A DNA stretch of 64,000 bases from an uncultured Candidatus Saccharibacteria bacterium (GTDB lineage Bacteria; Patescibacteriota; Minisyncoccia; Minisyncoccales; GWA2-38-27). The stretch covers positions 4,092 through 68,091 of the forward strand of contig CAYUSS010000001.1 in the NCBI GenBank assembly GCA_964447515.1, in the 5' to 3' direction. Below the pieces are notes generated by a model. It saw nothing but the letters and a program-made list of their open reading frames with translations. It ran no database searches and was not told the DNA's origin. Shown here in pieces: positions 1 to 9,641 of the stretch; position 1 is the stretch's first letter, and each line of letters begins with the position of its first letter. Both the position numbers and the translations under genes were made by a program.

Positions 1-1881
1 AGGTCCTAAAAACATAAAAGAACCTAGGGGCCGATTTTCTTCAGAAATTCCGGCCCGAGAGCGCCGGATAGCATGAGAAATAGCGGAAATTGCCTCTTTT
101 TGGCCAACCACCCGCGAGGAAAGAATTTTCTCCATTTTTTCCAGTTTCCTAGCTTCTCCCTCTATTAATCTGGTTACTGGAATCCCGGTCCATTTTGAAA
201 CAACTTCAGCTACATCTTCTTCCTCTATTTCCTCCTTTAAAATTAAATGCGTTTTCTGAATTCCGGCTAATTTTTTCTCCGCTTTTCGAACTTCTTTCAA
301 AAGTTCAGGGATTTTTCCGTATTTAATTTCAGCAACTTTTTGTAAATCTGCTTCTCTTTGAGCAATTTCGGACTGAAAAGAGAGCTCATCTATTTCTTTT
401 TTAAGATTTCTAATTTTTTGAATTATTTCTTTCTCAGCTTTCCATTTCAATTCAAAAGCTCTAACTTTTTCTTTTAAATCAGCCAAAGAGCGCTCAATAA
501 CTATTAATCTTTTTTTAGTTCCTTTTTCCTTTTTAATTGCTTCTTTCTCAATCTTCAGTTTTTGAATCTCTCTTTTTAATTCATCAAGATAAGCTGGTTC
601 CGATTCAATTTCCAATCTTAAAGCTGACATTGCTTCATCCATTAAGTCCACTGCTTTATCAGGTAGGAAACGGTCAGTAATATAGCGAGAGGAAAGCTCA
701 GCCGCTGCTACTAAAGCCGAATCCTTTATTCTAAGGCCGTGGTGAACTTCGTATTTCTCTTTAATCCCTCTTAAAATAGCAATAGTATCTTCAATTGAGG
801 GCTCCTGGACATAAATTGGCTGAAACCTTCTTTCCAGGGCAGCGTCTCTTTCAACATACTTTTGATATTCTTTTAAAGTAGTCGCTCCTATTGCCTTTAA
901 TTCTCCTTTGGCTAAAGCTGGTTTTAAAAGATTTGAAGCATCAATCGCCCCTTCAGCCCCGCCTGCTCCCACTAAGGTATGAAGTTCGTCAATAAAAATA
1001 ATATATCTGCCGGCTGCCCGATTTATTTCTCTGAGCAAGGCCTTAACCCGGTCTTCAAATTCCCCTCTATATTTTGTTCCAGCAACCAATGCCCCTAAAT
1101 CTAAAGCAATAATTTCTTTTTCTTTTAAACTTTCTGGAACATTAGCTTTAACAATTCTTTGAGCCAGTCCTTCCACTATAGCTGTCTTTCCCACCCCTGC
1201 TTCTCCGATCAAAACCGGATTGTTTTTTGTTCTTCGGGAAAGAACCTGCATTAACCGACGAATTTCATTTTCCCGGCCAATAACAGGATCAAGCTTTCCC
1301 TGACGAGCCAAAGAAGTTAAATTCCGAGCATATTTTTCTATAACCTGATACTTTGATTCTGGTTGAGGGTCAGTAATCCTTGTCCCACCTCGAATTTGGG
1401 ATAAGGTTTTCAAAACTACATCATAATTTAATTTATCAAATTTCAAAGCAGCGCCTTCCTTAGTGGGCTGGCCAGGTTTTAAAAAAGTAGTTTTATCTAA
1501 AATCTCTTTTGCCTTGGTTTCAGAACCAAGCAAGGCTAAAAATAAATGTTCTACTGAAATAAACTCATCTCCCATCTTCATCGCCTCTTGCCGGGCTCTT
1601 TCCAAAACTCTGGCCATATCCTGAGTTAAATAAAACTGTCCAAAAGTTTGAGGAGTAACAATCGTAGAAATTTTATTCAAAGCTGCCTTGGTTCTCTTTT
1701 TTAAATTTTCTATATCTGCGCCCAATTTTTGGAGCAAAGTCAAAACAACACTTCCTTCTTGAGAAAGTAAAACGGTGAGTAAATGCAAAGCATCAACCTG
1801 CTGTTGGCCTCTTTCTTGAGCAACAGACTGAGCGCCCAATATAGCTTCCTGCCCCTTATGAGTAAAATTAGCCCCATTCAT
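1..1881 (-). CDS. clpB: ATP-dependent chaperone ClpB (N-terminal portion; C-terminus runs off the window start)
   Basis: Absent from ORF track because no stop lies in the window. Manual minus-strand translation from ATG at 1879-1881 gives [23 protein letters not shown]... (Clp N-domain). It continues through the NBD1 Walker [48 protein letters not shown] and a long coiled-coil M-domain. Confidence 0.85.
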   Translation of the reverse strand, partial: MNGANFTHKGQEAILGAQSVAQERGQQQVDALHLLTVLLSQEGSVVLTLLQKLGADIENLKKRTKAALNKISTIVTPQTFGQFYLTQDMARVLERARQEAMKMGDEFISVEHLFLALLGSETKAKEILDKTTFLKPGQPTKEGAALKFDKLNYDVVLKTLSQIRGGTRITDPQPESKYQVIEKYARNLTSLARQGKLDPVIGRENEIRRLMQVLSRRTKNNPVLIGEAGVGKTAIVEGLAQRIVKANVPESLKEKEIIALDLGALVAGTKYRGEFEDRVKALLREINRAAGRYIIFIDELHTLVGAGGAEGAIDASNLLKPALAKGELKAIGATTLKEYQKYVERDAALERRFQPIYVQEPSIEDTIAILRGIKEKYEVHHGLRIKDSALVAAAELSSRYITDRFLPDKAVDLMDEAMSALRLEIESEPAYLDELKREIQKLKIEKEAIKKEKGTKKRLIVIERSLADLKEKVRAFELKWKAEKEIIQKIRNLKKEIDELSFQSEIAQREADLQKVAEIKYGKIPELLKEVRKAEKKLAGIQKTHLILKEEIEEEDVAEVVSKWTGIPVTRLIEGEARKLEKMEKILSSRVVGQKEAISAISHAIRRSRAGISEENRPLGSFMFLGP

Positions 1882-1980
1882 GCTTTCTTTTTAACAAAAA
1901 ACTTTTAAAGAGTCAAGACAGACAGAATAAAAATCAAGAAAAAAAGCCTACTCGGTAATAAAATACCTTTCGGCTCTTGA

Positions 1981-2058
1981 CCCCGTAGAAGAATTTCGAC
2001 AAAGGTTTTCTTTCAGAAAACCTCGTATCGCAAGGCGAGTCGAAATTTCTCTACGGGG
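1981..2058. repeat. palindromic element with 20-bp terminal inverted repeats CCCCGTAGAAGAATTTCGAC / GTCGAAATTTCTCTACGGGG (CCCCGTAGAA family)
   Basis: The arms are near-perfect reverse complements and enclose an inner hairpin ggttttctttcagaaaacc. The same arms recur at 48196-48278, and shorter versions at 12226-12255 and 48825-48846. Confidence 0.6.
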
Positions 2059-2075
2059 TTGAAGACGAGCTAAGC

Positions 2076-2234
2076 TCACAGCTTCTTTCTCGTCTCCCTG
2101 AGCTGGTACTCGGCTACTCTGAGCTTCATCTGTTTCGGGGTTTCTGGTCCCCGAAGCAGAGAATAAACAAAGAGCAAACTGAGCATACCCCAATACATGC
2201 CAATGCATTTTGCCAATTCCGTTGTCAGGTTCAT
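2076..2234 (-). CDS. small hypothetical protein (52 aa, hydrophobic N-terminal half); not in ORF track
   Basis: Minus-strand ATG preceded by a strong SD, aaggaggaaagaaaggaaagATG. It translates to MNLTTELAKCIGMYWGMLSLLFVYSLLRGPETPKQMKLRVAEYQLRETRKKL, sits in a GC-rich segment, and overlaps hairpins, so it could instead be RNA. Confidence 0.3.
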   Translation of the reverse strand: MNLTTELAKCIGMYWGMLSLLFVYSLLRGPETPKQMKLRVAEYQLRETRKKL

Positions 2235-2276
2235 CTTTCCTTTCTTTCCTCCTTCTTTAAAAATTGCTTTTCTGTT

Positions 2277-2693
2277 CTACCTCCTCGATCTCTCCTCAGA
2301 AGTCAACTCTGCCTTCTGTTGACGTTCCGAATCAACAGGATTGCGAACTTCTTCGGGTGTTCTAAGACCAGTACCTCCTACCACGTTGGCGCCGCCGGTT
2401 TTGCAGTAGTCGTCAATAACCCCAAAGGCAGTGTTGCATGCCCTGAAGTCAAAACCTGAACCATATTTTTTTGCCAATTGACGACCGAATTCCCGTGTCT
2501 GGACCTTTCCCTTTCGCAGAAGCTCTGCCAGAACCTCAATCTTGCAAAGAATCCCCTGCTTTTGTTCCGGAGCCAGAAAAACTACATCCTTGTGCATTGC
2601 TCTTTGTCGGTATTCCGCGAGCTTGTCTTCAAGCTGCTTCCTTCGTGTCTCATCTTCTAGAAGCACAATAACCGGTGATTTTTTAGCTTTCAT
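2277..2693 (-). CDS. hypothetical protein (138 aa from MKAKKSPV); atypically GC-rich
   Basis: ORF-track ORF 2277..2717. The track's first codon is TTG, and the ATG at 2693 carries the SD GGAAGGAGAG. No recognisable motif. GC is visibly higher (about 48%) than the flanks. Confidence 0.5.
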   Translation of the reverse strand: MKAKKSPVIVLLEDETRRKQLEDKLAEYRQRAMHKDVVFLAPEQKQGILCKIEVLAELLRKGKVQTREFGRQLAKKYGSGFDFRACNTAFGVIDDYCKTGGANVVGGTGLRTPEEVRNPVDSERQQKAELTSEERSRR

Positions 2694-2880
2694 CTTTTCT
2701 CTCCTTCCTTCTTTCAATTTTTGAAGTTGTCAAACTTATTTCTACCGGATTACCAGCAGGTCGTAGCTCTTTTACAACATTTATATATTAGCAAATATTT
2801 ACAAATTTGTCAAGTCCTTTGTAATGGTTTAATGACTTGGAAACACTTTAGGATATAATAGATTTTTTCCACAGAAAACT

Positions 2881-4290
2881 TTACTCGCTTCTCTGGTCTA
2901 GGGTTGCTTGAATAATTTTTTCTTGACCTTCTCTCAAAATCTTCAAAACCACTTCATCTCCTGGATTATACTTCATAATAATCTTTGCTAAAGAATTTTC
3001 AACAGTAATTTTTTCATTATTAAATTCCAAAATTATATCTCCTTCTTTTAGGCCGGCTTTTTCAGCAGCCGAACCCGGCGTGATAGCTGGCTCTCCTTCT
3101 CCGCTAATAATTAAGGCTCCGTAATCTACGGTTAAATCATTTTCCTCTTTAACCTTTTCATTAATAAGAACATAGCGAATTCCTAAAAAAGGATAAACAA
3201 TTTTACCTAAAGTTTTAATTTGCTCAATATCTTTTTTCGCTTTATTAATTGGGATGGCAAAACCAATACTTTGAGCTTCCAAAGCCATAGCAGTATTTAT
3301 CCCAACTACCTCGCCCCTTATATTTAAAAGAGGACCGCCAGAATTCCCCTTGTTAATTGCGGCATCAGTTTGAATAACATCTTCAATAACTTCAACGAAT
3401 CCACTGCCGTCTGAAGCTGTAATCTTTCTTCCTAATCCAGAAATTACTCCAACCGAAACCGTATTCCGAAACTCTCCTAAGGCATTACCAATAGCAATCA
3501 CTGTCTGACCCATCTCTAATTTATCTGAATCGCCGAGTTTTACCACCGGAAATGTTTCCAGAAGAACTTCTCCTTCGTCGTTTATTTTCTTTTCCTGCTC
3601 AATCTTCAATAAAGCTAAATCTTGAACCGGGTCTTTGGCTAAAACTTTTGCTGGAAACTTTTTTCCATCATTGGTAAAAACCGTATATTCGGCGTCTTCC
3701 TCTAAAACTACATGTTTGTTGGTTAAAATCATCCCATTTTCTGAAATAATAAAACCAGTCCCTCCTCCAATCTGCTTTTTTTCTGTGCCTTTTTGGCGGT
3801 ATTGGGGAACTTCAAATTCAAAAGGACCGGGTCCGAAAAATTCCTCAAATTCTTTAAAGGGCTCATAATAATATTCTTCAAAAATCGGTAGGTCTTTGGA
3901 AATAATAATACTCACTACTGCCGGTGAAATTTCTTTTACTGTTTTAATAACTGCCTCTTCTTGAGATGCCTGAGGGAGATATTCTTTGCTAACAATCTCT
4001 TTTTCAATTACCGAGGGCAATTTAATATTAAGTTTGGCCAGACCATCTTTAATCTGTAAATAAAAATAGGCTCCAGAAATACTTCCGGCTAAAAAACCAA
4101 AAACAGAAGCAACAATAATTACTAAAATAATCAGCCGAAAAAGTTTTTTTCTCTCCTTAGCCCGCACCTTTTGAAAAAATGTGCGCGGTTTAGAAATTCC
4201 TAAAAAATTTTTAACTTTATTCCCGCTACTAATAAGTTTTCGGCGCTGAGATTCAGGTAATTTATTTTCTGGTGATTCGTATAAACTCAT
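2881..4290 (-). CDS. htrA: HtrA/DegP-family serine protease with N-terminal TM anchor and C-terminal PDZ
   Basis: Trypsin-like motifs GTGFIISENGMILTNKHVV ... GNSGGPLLN, followed by a PDZ-like C-terminus. Confidence 0.8.
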   Translation of the reverse strand: MSLYESPENKLPESQRRKLISSGNKVKNFLGISKPRTFFQKVRAKERKKLFRLIILVIIVASVFGFLAGSISGAYFYLQIKDGLAKLNIKLPSVIEKEIVSKEYLPQASQEEAVIKTVKEISPAVVSIIISKDLPIFEEYYYEPFKEFEEFFGPGPFEFEVPQYRQKGTEKKQIGGGTGFIISENGMILTNKHVVLEEDAEYTVFTNDGKKFPAKVLAKDPVQDLALLKIEQEKKINDEGEVLLETFPVVKLGDSDKLEMGQTVIAIGNALGEFRNTVSVGVISGLGRKITASDGSGFVEVIEDVIQTDAAINKGNSGGPLLNIRGEVVGINTAMALEAQSIGFAIPINKAKKDIEQIKTLGKIVYPFLGIRYVLINEKVKEENDLTVDYGALIISGEGEPAITPGSAAEKAGLKEGDIILEFNNEKITVENSLAKIIMKYNPGDEVVLKILREGQEKIIQATLDQRSE

Positions 4291-4394
4291 AATAATATAT
4301 TATATTCTATTTTTTTTCTTCTTACAATAGAATTATAAATTATATAATCGCGGCATTCGGTCAAAGAAAAAAAGTAAACTTTTTTTCTTTTCCC

Positions 4395-5135
4395 TCACTT
4401 GCGATTATAATGATCAAATTTGTATTTAAAAATATCTGATTTAACCGGTCCCAGAAAAAGCATATAGAGTCCGGCAAAAATATATTTTAGATAGGTTTTT
4501 AATCTTCCGTCTTCTTCTAATCTTCTTGAAGAAATTAAAATAGGTCTTGTTCTCAAAAAGCCGTATTTGCCAAATCCTCTGGCTTTGCGAGCATAAAAAT
4601 GATCTTCTGCTATTTTTATTTCTTCGTCAAAGCCTTTAACAAGCTGATGAATTTCTTTTTTAACCAATATCACTTCGCTGGCATGGGCTAAGAAATTTTG
4701 GCTCAATTTTGCCCAAAAATTGTAAAGCCCATAAGCGATTTTATCTATTATTTTCACTTGGGGACAAACCCTATTAGAAAACCTTGGATTTCTAACCGGG
4801 TAAATTGGGAAAGAAACAATATCTAAATTTCGATTCTTAAATTCTTCCAAAATTTTATCTAAAAATTGAGGCGGCAAAGAAATTATATCGGCGTCTATAA
4901 ATAAAAAAATGCTGCCTTTGGCAATTTTTGCGCCTTGATTTCTTCCTTTAGCCGGCAGACCGCCGGAAGTAATTCTGGAGCCATAACTCTTAGCAATCTC
5001 AATTGTTCTGTCTTTTGAACCGGCATCAGCAATAATTATTTCATAATCCCTAAAATCCTGCTTTTTAATTGACTCCAATAATAAAGAAAGATAATCTTCC
5101 TCATTTAAAGTTGGGATAATAATACTTAAATGCAT
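4395..5135 (-). CDS. family 2 glycosyltransferase
   Basis: N-terminal IIIPTLNEE and a DADII (DxD) motif, typical of the GT2 GT-A fold. Confidence 0.7.
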   Translation of the reverse strand: MHLSIIIPTLNEEDYLSLLLESIKKQDFRDYEIIIADAGSKDRTIEIAKSYGSRITSGGLPAKGRNQGAKIAKGSIFLFIDADIISLPPQFLDKILEEFKNRNLDIVSFPIYPVRNPRFSNRVCPQVKIIDKIAYGLYNFWAKLSQNFLAHASEVILVKKEIHQLVKGFDEEIKIAEDHFYARKARGFGKYGFLRTRPILISSRRLEEDGRLKTYLKYIFAGLYMLFLGPVKSDIFKYKFDHYNRK

Positions 5136-5149
5136 TATATTTTATTGTT

Positions 5150-5761
5150 TTAACACTTTTTTAAGATAAATAATACTTGGTGGCTAAATCTATTTTTAAA
5201 AATTATTTTAAGTTGAAAATCTTCAAATATCTTTTCCCATTCAGAAACTCTTTTAAAATTAAAGGGCATTTTTTCTCCAAATGGTCTAACCAAAAAGCCG
5301 GGCAAATTGGTTAGAACATCCCAAAAATAAAGAAAAAATTTATCAAAATAGGATGAAAATACATCTTCAAAAATAATTATTCTATCTTTAGTTACCCGTT
5401 CTGCCTCTTCTAAAACCTTCAAGGGATTTTTTGTATGATGCAAAACATAAATCAAAAGAACCGCATCAAAAGTATTATCTGAAAAAGGTATTTTTTCTCC
5501 ATCATAGAGAACAAGTCTTAAATTAGTTTGATTAAAGTCGGTTACATCTAAGAGAGCAACTTCATTATTTTTCCTTTTCTGAATTTCTTCAGCAATCCAG
5601 CCAGCACCGGCTCCGATATCTAAAACTTTTTCTTCTTTTCTAATAAATTCATCAAAAGAATTGACTATCTTTTCTGTTCTATTTCTGATTATTCTTTCTA
5701 CTAAAAATTTAAAAGGAAAATACCGGTAATATTTATTTTTAATTGATATTTCTTTATCCAT
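5150..5761 (-). CDS. class I SAM-dependent methyltransferase
   Basis: Motif I VLDIGAGAGWIAEEI. Confidence 0.6.
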   Translation of the reverse strand: MDKEISIKNKYYRYFPFKFLVERIIRNRTEKIVNSFDEFIRKEEKVLDIGAGAGWIAEEIQKRKNNEVALLDVTDFNQTNLRLVLYDGEKIPFSDNTFDAVLLIYVLHHTKNPLKVLEEAERVTKDRIIIFEDVFSSYFDKFFLYFWDVLTNLPGFLVRPFGEKMPFNFKRVSEWEKIFEDFQLKIIFKNRFSHQVLFILKKC

Positions 5762-5779
5762 AATATCGGGGTCAGACCC

Positions 5780-6778
5780 CTAAAATAACTTCTTTGCTTC
5801 CTGCCAAATTTCCGGCTTGTTTTGTTCGGTTTTCATCCAATACCACCATTCGCTTCCCCAGAGATAAAACTCATCAAAGCCGGTTTTTTTAGCGAATTCA
5901 ATATTTTTTTGAAACCGCTCTAAATTCATTGTCTTCTCTTGTTCTTCTAATGGCGAATCATACAAAAGTTTAGGACCCCAGGGTTCTGCCTGAAGTTCAA
6001 CGCAGATTACTTTTTTGCCAAAAAACTTTTTAATAATTTGGGCTTTCCGCCAATAAAAAATTGATGGATAGGGCAAATAAAAATAAGAGTTAAATTCTGA
6101 AGACCAGACCTTTTTATACATTGTCGTTCCAACTATATCCCCAAGCCTTGCTGCCCGGAGCCACAATGACAATTCTCCGCTATCTGAAATAATAACCGGC
6201 CGAGAATCAAGCGATTTTACCAAATCAATTTCTTTTTTCAAGAATTTTTTATCCCTCCAAGGACATTGTCCAAAAGGGAAAAAGGGCTCATTTTCCACCT
6301 GCCAGGCCCAGATAGAACTTTCAGATTGATACCTCAAAACAATCTCTTCAATTAGTTGTAATATTCTTTTTTGCTGCTCTTCCTTGCTTAAATTCTTTGC
6401 CCAATCCGGAATATGACACTCTGGCCAGCGGCCGGTCTTCATTCCTATCACCAAAAGGAGCTTAACTCCTTTTTTCTCTGCTTCTTTAATTTGCCAATCT
6501 AAATCCTCAAAATTGTATCTCCCATTTTCCTGCTCAATCAAATCCCAATGGCTGGTTATTTTTAGATTTTCCACTTTTAAATCATTAAGCAAAGCTAAAT
6601 AATTCTCTTTCCAATTCAGGCCCAAGTTCTCAGAATGCTGTTGGGAAAAATTAACTCCCCATTTAATTTCTTTTGCTGGCTTAGGCTTACCAACAAAGAA
6701 ATAACCGATAAAAATTAAAAAAATAACTAATAAAATCAAAAAAATCATTTTAATAAATTTTTTAAAATTTAAATTCAT
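5780..6778 (-). CDS. membrane-anchored glycoside hydrolase (TIM-barrel, GH5/GH113-like)
   Basis: N-terminal TM helix; WQVENEP catalytic NEP-type motif; overall clan GH-A-like pattern. Confidence 0.45.
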   Translation of the reverse strand: MNLNFKKFIKMIFLILLVIFLIFIGYFFVGKPKPAKEIKWGVNFSQQHSENLGLNWKENYLALLNDLKVENLKITSHWDLIEQENGRYNFEDLDWQIKEAEKKGVKLLLVIGMKTGRWPECHIPDWAKNLSKEEQQKRILQLIEEIVLRYQSESSIWAWQVENEPFFPFGQCPWRDKKFLKKEIDLVKSLDSRPVIISDSGELSLWLRAARLGDIVGTTMYKKVWSSEFNSYFYLPYPSIFYWRKAQIIKKFFGKKVICVELQAEPWGPKLLYDSPLEEQEKTMNLERFQKNIEFAKKTGFDEFYLWGSEWWYWMKTEQNKPEIWQEAKKLF

Positions 6779-6858
6779 TCTTAAACTAATAATTCTGCGG
6801 AGACCGGGTCTCCGCAGGCTCGGTATTATTTCACTGCTTAAATTGAGGATTTAAATAA

Positions 6859-7818
6859 TTATTTTATCTCGAATAATATCACTCCGTCAAATCGAGGATT
6901 GCCATCTTCGCCAAAATAATAATTAAGAAAATCTACTGTCACAACTTTTTTTTGCGTCGAACTTGCATGAAAAAGAATACTACCGTCAAACAATAATCCT
7001 TCATGCCTAACATCTAATCCAATCTCTTCGTCTCCTTCTTTGATAAAAGCAATACCAATAGCTTCGGGCAACCCGGAAAGAAGTTCTTTGGTAATATATC
7101 CATTAGGAATATATTTCATAACTATTTCTTTTTCCCAATCAATATTTATTAAACGTTCGCCATCTGCCTTAATTTTATTTAAAATTACTTTCTTCTTTTT
7201 TATTCTGCTCGGACCGGCAACCTGTTCGGTAATATCTTGGAAATAAGGCGATGTGATGTTGCGGTCGGTGGTAAAATGTAATCGGTTTTCAAAAGTTATT
7301 TTATATTCTATTTCTCCGGTTTCTAAGCTCTTCTCTGACCGATAATTCAAAAATCTCATCATTTCTCCAGCCTCTTCTAACCTCTGAGAATGGAGCAAAG
7401 CCGCATTAGTTAGCACAAACACAGTACAATCTGTTACATCTAATCTAAAAATAGGATTTTTATCTCTAGCGGATTCTTCACCCAAACAACCGAATTGATA
7501 AGGAGTATCAAGACGCAAAATAGACAAAGCCCTTAGTCTTTCGTCATTATCAGAAAAGCGCCGCTGGACCTCTTTTAGGATTGAATTGACTTCTGTCAGG
7601 GTTAACTGATGTAATTTTTTTTGGTCATAAAGCCATCGTCTATTGGTTTCAGATAGTTCTTCAATTCTTTTTTCTTTCTCTTTTTCGGACGGAACAAAAA
7701 TTTGAGCTTTTTGGATAGTACGAGAACCGTTCTCGGAAATAAAGTTATAAATAATAAAACTTACTGCTAAAATCAAGACAAAAACTAAGAAAATTATTGC
7801 TAAAATCTTCCCTAACAT
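6859..7818 (-). CDS. hypothetical membrane-anchored protein
   Basis: Single N-terminal TM helix and no diagnostic motif. A perfect palindrome ctgcggagaccgggtctccgcag lies just downstream at 6793-6815 and is a likely terminator. Confidence 0.5.
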   Translation of the reverse strand: MLGKILAIIFLVFVLILAVSFIIYNFISENGSRTIQKAQIFVPSEKEKEKRIEELSETNRRWLYDQKKLHQLTLTEVNSILKEVQRRFSDNDERLRALSILRLDTPYQFGCLGEESARDKNPIFRLDVTDCTVFVLTNAALLHSQRLEEAGEMMRFLNYRSEKSLETGEIEYKITFENRLHFTTDRNITSPYFQDITEQVAGPSRIKKKKVILNKIKADGERLINIDWEKEIVMKYIPNGYITKELLSGLPEAIGIAFIKEGDEEIGLDVRHEGLLFDGSILFHASSTQKKVVTVDFLNYYFGEDGNPRFDGVILFEIK

Positions 7819-9104
7819 ATTTTTTGAATATTATAGACGCCTAAATTTTCCACCTCTACAAATCCCTGCATTGCCGCCTCAGCAAACCGGCCGCTGGCCA
7901 AAAAATCAAAAAGCCACTGGTCTGCGTAGTTCGGATTTTCTTGTAAAACCCCGGCACCTAAACTCAGAAGCCACTTTCTATTAAAATCTTCCTGAGAACC
8001 TATTGAAGGGGCAATAATAATGGGCAGGCCTAAACCAGTATAAAAAGAAAGTTCGCTTGGTTTAGTCCACAAAATATCGGTTTTTCTCAGTTTCTGATTA
8101 AATTCTTCAAAATAATCCTCTATATTTTTAGAAAAAATTATTTCAATATTTTTATCTAAATTTTCTTCAAGGCCAAGTTTTTTTATATTCTCAACAAAAT
8201 ACTCTTTAACGGTTTCTCTGATACCGGCAGATAAAATTATTTTAATCTTTCCTGACTTAATTTTTTCAGCTAAACTTTTAACAAATTTCATTGCCAGCTC
8301 TTTTTGGGCTCCTGCTCCTCCAATAGAAAACATCATTGTTAAAGGATGGTCTGACTTTTCTGGCAAGGAACCGATATATTTATCAATCAAAGGTTTATAT
8401 CTTCGGCGATATTTCCCGGTAGCATCTAAATTTAAAATTCGGTAACCCAAATCGCTTTTCAAGATTTCTTTTTCCTCTGTCCCAATATTTTTTAAAGGCA
8501 AAGGATACCCGGTCAAAAAAATATTTTCTTTTTTTACTCCGTAAAGCTTTAATCTTTCAACCACCCAAGAATTAGGAGCGAAATACTTGATTTTACTTTC
8601 TGAAGGGTTTAAGGGAACCCAGCTTCTGGCAATGTCAGCGTCACAAATAACGCAAAAAATCTCTCCCGGATAATTAAAAACCTCAGCCATAAAAGCCGGA
8701 ATGAAAAAGGTAGTAATTATATCGGGTGGTGGGTGGGTTGTAGTCTTCAATTTTAAAATTAAATCCCTGCCCCATCCGTTTTTAATCGTAGAAAAGATTC
8801 TTTTTAAACTAAAGGCCGGCTTGGACAAATCTCTTTGGGGATAAAAAGTAGGAATCTTCTGAAATTTATCATAAAGGGAAAAAACTATATTGCCAATTAA
8901 AGGAGTCCTCCTAAATCTTGAAATAAATTCGTAAAATCTTCTGGACGATTCCCAGATTTTTCTATCTGTTTCAGGAATTCCTTGATAACTGTTGGCATTA
9001 ATAATTTTGTCTTGAAAGGCAAATCGTTTTAAGGGATAGGCAGTCCTCTGATGGCCATAACCCATATTAACTGCCACAACCCATGCTTTTTTCCCATTGT
9101 TCAT
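7812..9104 (-). CDS. GT-B fold glycosyltransferase (MGDG-synthase/UgtP/MurG-like)
   Basis: N-terminal VNMGYGHQR glycine-rich motif and a C-terminal GT-B-like region. Confidence 0.5.
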   Translation of the reverse strand: MNNGKKAWVVAVNMGYGHQRTAYPLKRFAFQDKIINANSYQGIPETDRKIWESSRRFYEFISRFRRTPLIGNIVFSLYDKFQKIPTFYPQRDLSKPAFSLKRIFSTIKNGWGRDLILKLKTTTHPPPDIITTFFIPAFMAEVFNYPGEIFCVICDADIARSWVPLNPSESKIKYFAPNSWVVERLKLYGVKKENIFLTGYPLPLKNIGTEEKEILKSDLGYRILNLDATGKYRRRYKPLIDKYIGSLPEKSDHPLTMMFSIGGAGAQKELAMKFVKSLAEKIKSGKIKIILSAGIRETVKEYFVENIKKLGLEENLDKNIEIIFSKNIEDYFEEFNQKLRKTDILWTKPSELSFYTGLGLPIIIAPSIGSQEDFNRKWLLSLGAGVLQENPNYADQWLFDFLASGRFAEAAMQGFVEVENLGVYNIQKIC

Positions 9105-9208
9105 GTTCTCTTATTATACCCTAATAATCCGAAAACTTTAATATTTTCTTGTAATAAAAAGCCAGAGGTTTTTTCTGGTCTTTTATGAAACTTTTATGAA
9201 TTAAGAAC

Positions 9209-9424
9209 CTACTCGCTAACGCTCGAGAATCTTTTTAGCAAATCTATGACGGCATTATAGGTTTCGTCAATTTTTGCCTTAACTGTAGCTCGTTCTTCTT
9301 TGGCCCCTTTAAAACCAACTAAAATATTGGTTTTATTAACCCCCACATCTATTTTCTTCTTTTCAATACTTTCTTCAACTCTATCAAATCTCTCATCTAA
9401 ATATTTTATTAGCTCTTCATTCAT
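9209..9424 (-). CDS. hypothetical small protein (71 aa)
   Basis: ORF only. Confidence 0.35.
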   Translation of the reverse strand: MNEELIKYLDERFDRVEESIEKKKIDVGVNKTNILVGFKGAKEERATVKAKIDETYNAVIDLLKRFSSVSE

Positions 9425-9607
9425 TTTTTTGTAGATATTTTTTAATGGATTTCAAAAATTTTACACCGGTCACACTTTATTATTTCCATATTTCTATCTT
9501 TATTTTAAGACTAAATGATTATACATTAGCGAAACAAGATTCTGAGATGCGAAGTGAGGCAGGTTCTTATTTTAATCTCTCTGCAATCCTTGTCAAATTT
9601 TTTGTTT

Positions 9608-9639
9608 AAGGTCGGGTGTTCAAGGTCGGGTCTTGAACA
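9608..9639. repeat. GTCGGGT-loop hairpin repeat (tandem unit plus closing inverted arm)
   Basis: aaggtcgggtgttcaaggtcgggtcttgaaca. The stem TGTTCAAG/CTTGAACA closes the loop GTCGGGT and is followed by TTTT. Confidence 0.7.
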
Positions 9640-9641
9640 TT

